Assembly (NCBI GenBank): GCA_035299145.1
Contig: DATGWZ010000023.1
Location: 681,801 to 745,800, forward strand
DNA: 64,000 nucleotides
DNA from: Saprospiraceae bacterium
GTDB taxonomy: Bacteria; Bacteroidota; Bacteroidia; Chitinophagales; Saprospiraceae
Direction: 5' to 3'
Below the pieces are notes generated by a model. It was not told where the DNA came from, made no database searches, and saw only the letters and a program-made list of their open reading frames with translations. The number at the start of each line of letters is the position of its first letter. Position 1 is the first letter of the stretch. This document shows, in pieces, positions 28,101-37,501 of this stretch. The position numbers and the translations under genes were made by a program.

Positions 28101-30461
28101 ATGGTGCGCGATATTTATAAGGTAATGGGGCTGATCCCTTCCAATAAACACGAATCAAAAGAAGTGTATGCAGTCAAAAATCCGGACGGGACTATTCGCT
28201 GGATTTGGCCAGTAGAACTTAAAAAACCAGAATTCCTGAGGTTCTATAATGAAAGCCCAACTAAAGCCGCCATTTATGTTGTTTTGATCAAATTAATATT
28301 CTCGTTTCGCTTACAGTCATGGTTTTTTAGCAAACAAAAAGTCAATGTTCCAGATATTTTAGGCGAAAAGTGGGCAATCTTTACTGGGACCATAGGAACG
28401 CAACAGAAATTGGTGATTTATGCCAATGACACTTTTGTTAAATTGCCTGTAGGTAAAAATGCAAAAGTTAGCTTAGAACGTGAAAAATCCACGCTTAATT
28501 GGCTTCAAAAGCAAACTTTTTCAACATTGAAGCATCCAAAAGTAATAGAAAATGGTGACTTTGAATATTGTCAAACTGCCTTTGATAAAAATATAAAAAG
28601 ATCTCCTATTTTAACCAATACACATTTAGATTTTACGCAAGAATTATTCAGTAAATCGCTCCAAAAAGTAACATTAAGTGAAAGTGAATCCTATGTCAAT
28701 TCAATGGCTTTGCTCCGACAATTAGAACACGATCCCAAAATGCCCAAGGGTTTACATGCAAAGCTTTATCTACTCCAATCACAATTAGATCAAGATAAAC
28801 TAACAGATTTTGGATTTGCACATGGAGATTTTACATCATGGAATATGTTTGTCTCCGAAAATAAATTATTTGTCTATGATTGGGAAGCAGCAGATGCAGA
28901 AATGCCCAAGGGATTTGATCTTTTTCATTTCATCATACAACAAGGTATTTTAGTGGACAGGAATGATTGGTCAAAAACTTATCAAGTCTTGTCAGAAAAA
29001 TTATTAAAAAGCGAAAAGCATCCTTTTTTTGAATCTATCGACGAGATGAATAGATATTTGTCCCTATATCTTTTATATCATATCACACGGTCTATGTCAA
29101 ATTATGTGGCACAGAAATGCTGGCACCCTCAGATATATTGGATGATAGATATGTGGAATACAGCATTAGATAACTTGATTGTCAATACATCTCAACGACA
29201 GCTTTTTATCAATACCCTTTTTGATCATTTAAAGCCGATTGAATATGCAGGGATAAAATTATCAGACTCTCATCCGGACTTTTGGTCAGAAGATTCTGAC
29301 ATTGATATTCTGATGAGACAAAAAGACTTAAGTTATATCACTCAATTATGCCATAATTCACCACTGAAAAACAAAGTAGTCACTACATCCAAGTCATTTA
29401 TGGAAAACATAGCTATCTACTTTCACGATGGTAGCTTTTTAAGCCTTGATTTGATACATAAATTAAAAAGAAAAAGCCAAGTATTTTTAGATGCAGACGC
29501 ATTATTAAGTAGATCAATAGTCAATGATCACGGCATCAAAACCTTGCACCCTACAGACGAAATGAGATATATCGTTTGGTTTTATGCTTTGAATAATACC
29601 CAAGTTCCATTTAAATATATGGGCAAAAAAATACATTTGCAATACGCCAATGGAAATGAAGATCTAGCTTTAATGTCATATTGCAAAGGTGATACAATGA
29701 ATGGGATGGCACTAAATAAGATTATTCTAACTAAAGCGGAAAATCGCGGGTGGAAAGGATTAAAAAATAAACTGTTTTATTATATGGATACCATACGTTC
29801 GTTTTTCCAAAATGGTGGCTTAGTCATTACTTTTAGTGGAGTAGATGGCGCCGGCAAATCTACTATTATAGAATATATCAAGTACAAATTAGAAAAAAAT
29901 CTTCGCAAAGATGTGATCGTCCTAAGACATAGACCATCTATACTTCCAATCATCAGTGCGCTAAGACATGGCAAAGAAAAGGCTGAAGCTATCTCCGTAA
30001 GCAAATTGCCGAGAACAGGTCAAAACAAAAACCTATTGTCGTCATTGTTGCGCTTTGGATACTATTATATTGATTTTATTCTAGGCCAATTTTATGTGTA
30101 TGTTAAGTATGTCATGCGCGGCAAAGTAGTGCTTTATGATAGATATTACTTTGATTTTATCAATGATGGTAAGCGATCAAACATCCTTCTACCTACTTCA
30201 TGGGTAAAATTTGGGTATCGATTTTTGCTCAAACCAGATCTTAATTATTTTTTATACGCCGAAGCAGGTACCATACTAGCTAGAAAACAGGAATTAGATA
30301 TCCAAACTATCGAAACGCTTACAAGTGATTATAAAAACCTTTTTGAACATTATGCAAATACTTATACATCAAGTGATTATATATCAATAGCAAACGAAAA
30401 ACTCGACGATACGCTTTCCATATTATTCAGAGGCGTTAAAACAAAAATATCGCAAATATGA
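28101..30461 (+). CDS. three-domain fusion: APH/choline-kinase-like phosphotransferase, nucleotidyltransferase-like middle region, thymidylate-kinase-like P-loop domain
   Basis: FAHGDFTSWNMF...VYDWE (Brenner-type kinase motifs). EDSDIDILM (pol-beta NTase-like DxD). ITFSGVDGAGKST plus LYDRYYFD (Tmk-like P-loop and DRY). I prefer the ATG at 28101; the ORF track starts at the TTG at 28074. Confidence 0.7.
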   Translation: MVRDIYKVMGLIPSNKHESKEVYAVKNPDGTIRWIWPVELKKPEFLRFYNESPTKAAIYVVLIKLIFSFRLQSWFFSKQKVNVPDILGEKWAIFTGTIGTQQKLVIYANDTFVKLPVGKNAKVSLEREKSTLNWLQKQTFSTLKHPKVIENGDFEYCQTAFDKNIKRSPILTNTHLDFTQELFSKSLQKVTLSESESYVNSMALLRQLEHDPKMPKGLHAKLYLLQSQLDQDKLTDFGFAHGDFTSWNMFVSENKLFVYDWEAADAEMPKGFDLFHFIIQQGILVDRNDWSKTYQVLSEKLLKSEKHPFFESIDEMNRYLSLYLLYHITRSMSNYVAQKCWHPQIYWMIDMWNTALDNLIVNTSQRQLFINTLFDHLKPIEYAGIKLSDSHPDFWSEDSDIDILMRQKDLSYITQLCHNSPLKNKVVTTSKSFMENIAIYFHDGSFLSLDLIHKLKRKSQVFLDADALLSRSIVNDHGIKTLHPTDEMRYIVWFYALNNTQVPFKYMGKKIHLQYANGNEDLALMSYCKGDTMNGMALNKIILTKAENRGWKGLKNKLFYYMDTIRSFFQNGGLVITFSGVDGAGKSTIIEYIKYKLEKNLRKDVIVLRHRPSILPIISALRHGKEKAEAISVSKLPRTGQNKNLLSSLLRFGYYYIDFILGQFYVYVKYVMRGKVVLYDRYYFDFINDGKRSNILLPTSWVKFGYRFLLKPDLNYFLYAEAGTILARKQELDIQTIETLTSDYKNLFEHYANTYTSSDYISIANEKLDDTLSILFRGVKTKISQI

Positions 30462-31183
30462 AAAACTTACTTCTATACTTCATTAGAAAGAGAAATCCTG
30501 ATTTTGTGATCGACAACGCTATAAGTAGTCGCTTTCTATTGGGATACATGCTTTCACTAGCTATAAAGGTGATGCGTGGTAGCAAGTTGTTTTTTATGGG
30601 TAGAAATCCCAAAGGGATGATACTTTCCTCTGGTGTAAAAATGACTTATCTATCTAAAATACAATGGGGTAAATTCCTAAAATTGGGTAAAAATGTAAGC
30701 CTAAGTGGATTGGGAAAAGAGGGCATCATCTTTGGTGACAATGTTAGTATAGGTGACTATAGTCAGATCATTGTCGCTACTACACTACAGAATATTGGAA
30801 AAGGTATTCACATCGGTCATCATGTGGGTATTGGAGAGTTTGCGTATCTTGGTGGTGCAGGTGGCTTAACTATAGGAGATGACTGTATCGTAGGTCAATA
30901 CTTTAGCTGTCATCCCGAAAACCACAATTTTAAAGATGTAGACTCACTCATCAGATTTCAAGGCGTGCAACGTAAAGGCATTATTATTGGCAAAAATTGC
31001 TGGATAGGAAGCAAAGTTACGATACTTGATGGCGTGGCAATTGGTGATGGTTGTGTAATAGCAGCAGGGGCAGTAGTCAATCAGTCTTTTCCTGCCAATA
31101 CCATCATAGGTGGTGTGCCGGCAAAAATAATAGGGCAAAGATGTCCTGAATTATCTTTTCACAAGATAAAAAATATTGCCTAA
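30458..31183 (+). CDS. hexapeptide-repeat (LbH) acyl/acetyltransferase
   Basis: Repeated [LIV]-G-x4 hexapeptides, e.g. IGKNCWIGSKVTILDGVAIGDGCVIAAGAVV. ATGA overlap with the upstream gene. Confidence 0.8.
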   Translation: MKNLLLYFIRKRNPDFVIDNAISSRFLLGYMLSLAIKVMRGSKLFFMGRNPKGMILSSGVKMTYLSKIQWGKFLKLGKNVSLSGLGKEGIIFGDNVSIGDYSQIIVATTLQNIGKGIHIGHHVGIGEFAYLGGAGGLTIGDDCIVGQYFSCHPENHNFKDVDSLIRFQGVQRKGIIIGKNCWIGSKVTILDGVAIGDGCVIAAGAVVNQSFPANTIIGGVPAKIIGQRCPELSFHKIKNIA

Positions 31184-32404
31184 ATGAAAACGATTCTTGC
31201 CACCACTTATGCAGTAAATCCATATAAAGGATCAGAAGATGGAATGGGATGGAATTTTGTGTTGCAAATAGCAAAAAACAATAAAGTCATAGCCATCACT
31301 AGGAAAAACAATAGAATGGACATTGAAAAATATATGTCTTCAAACCCAAATGATCTTTATGAAAATATGACTTTTCTTTATTTTGATTTGCCATACTGGA
31401 TGCGATGGTGGAAAAAAGGTGGCCGTGGTGCCATGCTTTATTACTGGATGTGGCAGAAAGGCATCGTTTCTTTTGTTAAAAACCAAAGTCTAGAATTTGA
31501 TATAGTGCATAACCTTAATTTTCACAATGACTGGACTCCCAGTTATTTATGGCAATTGGGCAAACCATTTGTATGGGGACCTGTAGGTCACCATCCATTG
31601 ATTCCAAGTCAATACCTTAAGGAATATTCATTCAAATATTTTTTAAAGGATCGGGCGACTTGGCTTATTAAAAATTATTTCTGGAAAGTCAATACATCCC
31701 TAAAGAATACAGCTGCAAAAGCAGATTTCGTTTGGTGCATGAATGACGCTGTACCTAGTAAACTCCATCTTAAACCAAAGCAGTACCAAATAATTCCTTC
31801 AGTAGCAACCCAAGATTTCGGTTTTATAGAAGGTTCGGAGAATGAAAATTTCACATTTATCTCTGCGGGTAGATTAGTTCCATTAAAGGGTTTTGATCTT
31901 GCTATTCGAGCTTTTACAACGTTTTATAATACCTTAAGTGATATAGAAAAAGCAAAAACAAAACTCATCATTGTTGGTAGTGGACCAGAAGATAAACTAC
32001 TTATAAAACTAGCTAGAGATTTAGGAGTAGAAAATAATATCCAATTTGTACTGTGGATGGAAAGGAATGAACTTATGAAATTATTTAAACAGTCGCAAGT
32101 ATTCCTATTCCCATCTCATGAGGGAGCTGGCATGGTCGTCCCTGAAGCTTTGTCATTCGGTCTGCCAGTGATTTGTCTCGACAATTGTGGCCCTGGTAGT
32201 TTTATAAACGAACAATGCGGTATTAAAATAAAGGAAGATACATATGATAATACCACAGTCAATCTAGCAGAAGCGATGCGAACTTTATATTCGGATAAAG
32301 CAAAATACAAAGGATTGAGACAAGGCGCAAGAGCACAGTTTGAGCATGTTTTTCATTGGGATAGACGTGGTGAACAATTGGCCAAAATTTATGACTCTTT
32401 ATAA
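31184..32404 (+). CDS. glycosyltransferase family 4 (GT-B fold)
   Basis: C-terminal FLFPSHEGAGMVVPEALSFGLPVI (EX7E motif). Confidence 0.8.
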   Translation: MKTILATTYAVNPYKGSEDGMGWNFVLQIAKNNKVIAITRKNNRMDIEKYMSSNPNDLYENMTFLYFDLPYWMRWWKKGGRGAMLYYWMWQKGIVSFVKNQSLEFDIVHNLNFHNDWTPSYLWQLGKPFVWGPVGHHPLIPSQYLKEYSFKYFLKDRATWLIKNYFWKVNTSLKNTAAKADFVWCMNDAVPSKLHLKPKQYQIIPSVATQDFGFIEGSENENFTFISAGRLVPLKGFDLAIRAFTTFYNTLSDIEKAKTKLIIVGSGPEDKLLIKLARDLGVENNIQFVLWMERNELMKLFKQSQVFLFPSHEGAGMVVPEALSFGLPVICLDNCGPGSFINEQCGIKIKEDTYDNTTVNLAEAMRTLYSDKAKYKGLRQGARAQFEHVFHWDRRGEQLAKIYDSL

Positions 32405-32411
32405 ATAAACC

Positions 32412-33497
32412 ATGAGAATATTTGCCTTTCATCTCCTAAACGATTATAGTGGTAGTCCTAAAGTATTAAAACAACTTGTCAATGGTTGGACCAATAACGG
32501 TATGGATTGTCATATAGTCACATGCAGCGGGAGAGAAGGGTTTTTGTCAGATATCAAAGGGGTAAAATATCACCATTATTGGTATAGATTTGCTCAGAAT
32601 CCATTCTTGAGATTGATTTTTCTAATGATCAGTCAGTTGCTTTTGATTATTAAAATGTATCCTGTCATCACAAAAAGCGACGTAATATACGTCAATACAG
32701 TGCTGCCCTTTGGTGCAGGAATATTAGGAAAGTTAAAAGGGTGTAAAGTCATATATCATATCCACGAAACAAGTATGAAACCTTGGATATTGAAAAAAAT
32801 TCTATTTGGAATTGCAGACGCTACATCCACAGAAGTAGTTTATGTATCCAAATATCTATCTGAACAGGAAACGATGAAAAAACCTGGACATGTGCTGTAC
32901 AATGCTTTGGAAACTTCTTTTTTGTCCAAAGCATTATTAAACAGAAAAGTGACACCTGATTATAAAAATGTGCTGATGATATGCTCCCTCAAAGCATACA
33001 AAGGTGTGAATGAGTATTTACAACTAGCAAAAAAAAATCCAGAATATGCTTTCCGACTTGTAGTGAATGCTTCTGCCATGGACATAGAAGTATATTTTGC
33101 AGGTCAAAATCTTCCGCAAAACTTAACGATATTTCCTACACAAAAAGATGTACATCCACAATATCAATGGGCTGATGTGGTCCTTAATTTGTCTCGTCCT
33201 GATGGATGGGTAGAAACATTTGGCCTTACAGTCATCGAAGCAATGGCTTATGGTCTCCCTGTCATAGTGCCTCCCGTAGGAGGAATAGCCGAGCTCGTAG
33301 AGAAAGGTGTTAATGGCTATAAAGCCGATAGCAGAAACGTCAATCACATATCACACCTGCTTGTGGATATATTGGAAGATAAAATACACTACGAAAAACT
33401 CAGTACCTACGCCAAGCAACTGATTGTCAAATATGACGAAGATAGTTTTGTGATGAAGAGTTGCGAGATGTTGAAAGATGAGCGTATTGCTCAATAA
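32412..33497 (+). CDS. glycosyltransferase family 4 (GT-B fold)
   Basis: ETFGLTVIEAMAYGLPVIVPPVGGIAELV motif. Confidence 0.8.
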   Translation: MRIFAFHLLNDYSGSPKVLKQLVNGWTNNGMDCHIVTCSGREGFLSDIKGVKYHHYWYRFAQNPFLRLIFLMISQLLLIIKMYPVITKSDVIYVNTVLPFGAGILGKLKGCKVIYHIHETSMKPWILKKILFGIADATSTEVVYVSKYLSEQETMKKPGHVLYNALETSFLSKALLNRKVTPDYKNVLMICSLKAYKGVNEYLQLAKKNPEYAFRLVVNASAMDIEVYFAGQNLPQNLTIFPTQKDVHPQYQWADVVLNLSRPDGWVETFGLTVIEAMAYGLPVIVPPVGGIAELVEKGVNGYKADSRNVNHISHLLVDILEDKIHYEKLSTYAKQLIVKYDEDSFVMKSCEMLKDERIAQ

Positions 33498-33516
33498 GTT
33501 AACTACAATTTAAGAA

Positions 33517-33551
33517 GCCCAATCGTTGGAAATGTTTTCCATTATCTGGAA
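33517..33551. promoter_or_regulatory. tandem operator/UAS pair (degenerate plus perfect TTCCA-N5-TGGAA)
   Basis: 33517-33531 GCCCAATCGTTGGAA and 33537-33551 TTCCATTATCTGGAA, in a 20-bp register. They lie in the only intergenic gap of the plus-strand glycosyltransferase arm. Confidence 0.55.
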
Positions 33552-33603
33552 AATCTAAAAAATAAAAATTACATAATAGATTGATATTCAATTATATAAA
33601 TAC

Positions 33604-33619
33604 TGGCACAGTATTGTAA
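33604..33619 (+). promoter_or_regulatory. TGGCAC box (sigma-54 -24-like; the -12 is poor)
   Basis: TGGCACAGTATTGTAA, 32 nt upstream of the ATG at 33636 and 60 nt from the centre of the proximal palindrome. Confidence 0.35.
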
Positions 33620-33635
33620 CTAGTTAAACTAAATA

Positions 33636-34856
33636 ATGAATATGACATCTTTAAAACAAAAAATAGCCATCATAGGCACAGTAGGTCTCCCAGCCAAATA
33701 TGGTGGATTCGAAACATTGGCTGAGCATCTTGTAGACAATATGAGTGATGATTATGACATCACCGTCTATTGCTCTGGAAAGAAATATGCACAGGCTGAC
33801 CGTCAACCCAAATACAAAAATGCTCATCTTGTATATTTACCTTTGGATGCCAATGGGATTCAGAGCATACCTTATGATTCTTGGTCTATAATCCATGCAT
33901 TGTTTTATGCAGATGTACTTTTGATATTAGGAGTTGCTGGAGCATGGATGCTACCGTTTGTAAAATTTTTTACAAATAAAAAGATCATTATTTCTATAGA
34001 TGGTATTGAATGGAAACGGAACAAATGGAGCAGACCTGCCAAGTGGTATCTATGGTGGGCAGAAAAAATGGCCGTAAAATATTCTCATATTGATATTTCA
34101 GATAATGAATCTATACAAGATTATACAGCGGTCAGATATGGGACTCTAAGCAGAATTATAGAATATGGAGCAGATCATACAATGACGGTTCCTGTACAAA
34201 CTTCATTAAAAACTTCTTATCCATTTCTTGGATTGCCTTACGCTTTTAAAGTATGCCGAATCGAACCAGAAAATAATGTGGATATTGTACTAAGTGCATT
34301 CTCAAAACTACCCAAACACCGTCTAGTCATCATAGGCAACTGGAATAATAGTGATTATGGCAAAAACCTTAAAAAAAAGTACAGCTCTTTTAATCATATC
34401 TTTTTGTTAGATCCAATCTATGACCAATCGACCTTAGATATGATACGTGGTAATGCATTCCTTTACATACATGGACACTCTGCCGGAGGTACCAATCCTT
34501 CCTTAGTAGAAGCTATGTATCTGGGCTTACCTATTTTTTCTTATGGTGTTACCTACAATCGCACGACAACAGAAAACAAAGCCAGATATTTTTATAATGA
34601 AGAAGAACTTATAAATCTAATTAACAATACCCAAATTGCAGAAGTAAAATCTATCGGCAATACAATGAAGGAGATTGCCTATCGTAGATATACATGGAAA
34701 ACAATAGCTGATAAATACCGGGCATTAATACGAGAAGTTTTAGTTAGCGAGCCGAAATCATCTATCACGCCTTCGGTAACTTTATTACCGGCAGGAGAGT
34801 TGCTAAAACGAGAATTATATCACCTACATTTCCAAAAACTGTTTTTCCAAAAATAA
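33636..34856 (+). CDS. DUF1972-type glycosyltransferase (rhamnosyl/glucosyltransferase WchF-like)
   Basis: N-terminal IAIIGTVGLPAKYGGFETLAEHL (DUF1972 pattern) and C-terminal GGTNPSLVEAM. Confidence 0.75.
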   Translation: MNMTSLKQKIAIIGTVGLPAKYGGFETLAEHLVDNMSDDYDITVYCSGKKYAQADRQPKYKNAHLVYLPLDANGIQSIPYDSWSIIHALFYADVLLILGVAGAWMLPFVKFFTNKKIIISIDGIEWKRNKWSRPAKWYLWWAEKMAVKYSHIDISDNESIQDYTAVRYGTLSRIIEYGADHTMTVPVQTSLKTSYPFLGLPYAFKVCRIEPENNVDIVLSAFSKLPKHRLVIIGNWNNSDYGKNLKKKYSSFNHIFLLDPIYDQSTLDMIRGNAFLYIHGHSAGGTNPSLVEAMYLGLPIFSYGVTYNRTTTENKARYFYNEEELINLINNTQIAEVKSIGNTMKEIAYRRYTWKTIADKYRALIREVLVSEPKSSITPSVTLLPAGELLKRELYHLHFQKLFFQK

Positions 34857-34862
34857 ATAATC

Positions 34863-35969
34863 ATGGCACCATCTGACATATTTTTAGTTTTAGGCATCGT
34901 ACTATCATTTTTTTTATCCATAATAGTGATGCCTATCTTTAGATCCATTGCTATTAGAATTGGTCTAGTAGATAAACCAGATCATCGCAAAATCCATCAA
35001 AACCATATTCCTTTAGTAGGTGGCTTAGCGATTGGTTTTACATTACTACTCACTTTATTGTTACTAGCAAGATTTGAGCTTATTTCAAGTGCGTTGGTAA
35101 AACTATTGGGGGGCAGTTATGTGTTGTTGATTATCGGAGCAATAGATGACAAAAAGGACATTAGAGCATCATATAAACTTGTAGTTCAGATTCTTTGCGC
35201 CATAATTATTGCTATGGCTGGTTACAGATTGACTTCATTTCATGGCATCTTAGGTATTTATGACATTTCTCTGGTCGCCCAATACATACTCTCAGTCATA
35301 CTAATTACTGGAGTCATTAATGCATTTAATCTAATGGATGGTATTGACGGTCTGGCTGGAGGATTAATGCTTATAGGTTTTATGATACTTGCTACAATCA
35401 GCTATTATATTGGGCATGAATTTTATACTTTGCTATGTTTGATCGTAGCGGGTAGCTTGATCAGTTTTTTAAGGTTCAATGTATTTAGTCCTAAAAATAA
35501 GATATTTATGGGTGATGCAGGTTCGCTTTTTTTAGGTTTTCTGATGATAGGCATAGCTATTGATTTAATAAATATTGCATCTAAGGATGCAATTGGGGCC
35601 GAAGTAATTTGGTTACTTCCTTTAATTATTGCTGTATTTATAATACCAGTTGCTGATTCTCTACGTGTGTATTTCACTAGAATCAAAAATGGTAATTCGC
35701 CATTTAAAGCAGATAGATCACATATCCATCATCTATTTCTAGAATTGGGATTGAAGCACACAAAGGTCACTTTTATCATATCAATGTTGAGCTTAAGCCT
35801 AGTAATTCTCGCATTTTTATTTCACTTTATATGGACATTAGATATCATCTTATTGGGTATAGTCGCGATGCTGAGCATCATGTATTATATTCTGAATATC
35901 AATAAACAAGTAAATGAATGGCAACAAAAAATTAAACAGATGGAGTCACAGATGGAGTCACAGATGTAG
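34863..35969 (+). CDS. MraY/WecA-family polyprenol-phosphate hexose/HexNAc-1-phosphate transferase (initiating transferase)
   Basis: About 10 TM helices, AIDDKKD, NAFNLMDGIDGLAGG, MGDAGSLFLGF motifs. Confidence 0.85.
   Translation: MAPSDIFLVLGIVLSFFLSIIVMPIFRSIAIRIGLVDKPDHRKIHQNHIPLVGGLAIGFTLLLTLLLLARFELISSALVKLLGGSYVLLIIGAIDDKKDIRASYKLVVQILCAIIIAMAGYRLTSFHGILGIYDISLVAQYILSVILITGVINAFNLMDGIDGLAGGLMLIGFMILATISYYIGHEFYTLLCLIVAGSLISFLRFNVFSPKNKIFMGDAGSLFLGFLMIGIAIDLINIASKDAIGAEVIWLLPLIIAVFIIPVADSLRVYFTRIKNGNSPFKADRSHIHHLFLELGLKHTKVTFIISMLSLSLVILAFLFHFIWTLDIILLGIVAMLSIMYYILNINKQVNEWQQKIKQMESQMESQM
35940..35966 (+). repeat. 12-bp tandem duplication (2.25 copies) at the 3' end of the WecA-like gene
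   Basis: ATGGAGTCACAG ATGGAGTCACAG ATG encodes MESQMESQM immediately before the stop. Confidence 0.9.
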
Positions 35970-36102
35970 TAGTTTTTTGTAGGCTTTATGATCATTAAGA
36001 TTTCAACCAGTTAGACATTTGTTTTTATTTCTCAGAAGATAGTCTGTGAGACACCAAATTTTAGATTAGCATATTTTTTTCTACATAAACACATTATATC
36101 CT

Positions 36103-36110
36103 TACCTTTG
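36103..36110 (+). promoter_or_regulatory. Bacteroidota sigma-A type -7 box (TAnnTTTG) for the regulatory operon
   Basis: TACCTTTG lies 15 nt upstream of the GTG at 36125. There is no TTCCA-N5-TGGAA site in this gap. Confidence 0.4.
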
Positions 36111-36124
36111 TTGGACAATTAATT

Positions 36125-37498
36125 GTGTTTATCGTGGCAAAACAACAACTATTCACCATATTCATTGTAGAAGATGATCCTTGGTATGGTCAATTATTAA
36201 GACATCATCTATCGCTCAATCCAGATTATGACATCAGACTCTTTACCACAGCAAAAGAGTGTCTGTCTGAATTGTACCACCAACCCGACGTGGTTTGTAT
36301 TGATTTTGGATTGCCTGATATGAGTGGTGATAAACTATTGACAAAAATAAAGGCTGTCAATAATCAACTACCAGTAGTTGTCATCAGTGGTCAGGAAGAG
36401 ATTGCTGTTGCTGTGGATTTATTAAAATCTGGGGCCAGAGACTACATCATCAAAGATGATCACACCAAAGATATGTTATGGCGTTCTATCATAAATATTC
36501 GTGAAAATGTCCATTTAAAACAAGAGGTAGAATCATTAAAAGAACAACTTGAAACCAAGTTTAACTTTGAAAAAACTATTATCGGTCAGAGTGACGCCTT
36601 AAAAAAGTCATTTAGACTCATCGAAAAAGCTATACATTCTAATATTAATGTATCCATTACAGGAGAGACAGGCACTGGAAAAGAAGTAGTAGCAAAAGCG
36701 ATTCATTACAATAGCGAAAGGAGAAAAAAACCATTTGTCGCTGTAAATATGGCAGCAATACCTAAAGAACTAATAGAAAGTGAGCTTTTCGGACACGAAA
36801 AAGGTGCATTCACTGGTGCGCTAAATCAGAAAAAAGGAAAATTTGAAGAAGCAGATGGCGGTACATTGTTTCTTGATGAAATAGGAGAATTAGAACTCAA
36901 TCTCCAAAGTAAAATCCTTAGAGCTTTACAAGAACGTGAAGTGACTAGAGTAGGTGGCAATAGTAGTGTAAAATTTGATGTAAGACTCATCACTGCTACC
37001 CACAAAAACTTGGCAGATGAAGTCAAAAATGGTAATTTCAGAGAAGATCTTTATTTTAGGATCATCGGTCTTCCTATAGAATTGCCACCTCTCCGTGATC
37101 GTGGACAAGACACATATATTCTAGCAAAACATTTTATCGATGAATATGCTAAAGAAAATAAAGTCAAACCACCTATCTTGACCACGTCAGCAAAAGAAAG
37201 GCTTATTAAATACCATTTTCCTGGTAATGTTCGCGAACTCAAAGCCATGATGGATCTTGCTTGCGTCATGTGTGACGGTCAAGAAATCAACGAACATGAT
37301 ATCAATTTTCATAAGGTCAGAGACAATGACCACTTTCTAGTCGGCGAGAAGACCATGAAAGAATATACAGCTGATATCATTGCCTTTTTCCTAAAAAAAT
37401 ATGACAACAATGTGGTATTGACAGCAGATAAGTTAGACATCGGAAAATCCACCATTTACAATATGATAAAAAGTGGTGAAATCTCCTTAAAAAAGTAA
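36125..37498 (+). CDS. sigma-54-dependent response regulator (REC, AAA+, Fis-type HTH), NtrC family
   Basis: REC with VVCIDFGLPDMSG. Walker A GETGTGKE. ESELFGHEKGAFTGA (GAFTGA loop). C-terminal HTH LDIGKSTIYNMIK. The GTG start is uncertain by a few codons. Confidence 0.9.
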   Translation: MFIVAKQQLFTIFIVEDDPWYGQLLRHHLSLNPDYDIRLFTTAKECLSELYHQPDVVCIDFGLPDMSGDKLLTKIKAVNNQLPVVVISGQEEIAVAVDLLKSGARDYIIKDDHTKDMLWRSIINIRENVHLKQEVESLKEQLETKFNFEKTIIGQSDALKKSFRLIEKAIHSNINVSITGETGTGKEVVAKAIHYNSERRKKPFVAVNMAAIPKELIESELFGHEKGAFTGALNQKKGKFEEADGGTLFLDEIGELELNLQSKILRALQEREVTRVGGNSSVKFDVRLITATHKNLADEVKNGNFREDLYFRIIGLPIELPPLRDRGQDTYILAKHFIDEYAKENKVKPPILTTSAKERLIKYHFPGNVRELKAMMDLACVMCDGQEINEHDINFHKVRDNDHFLVGEKTMKEYTADIIAFFLKKYDNNVVLTADKLDIGKSTIYNMIKSGEISLKK

Positions 37499-37501
37499 AA
37501 T

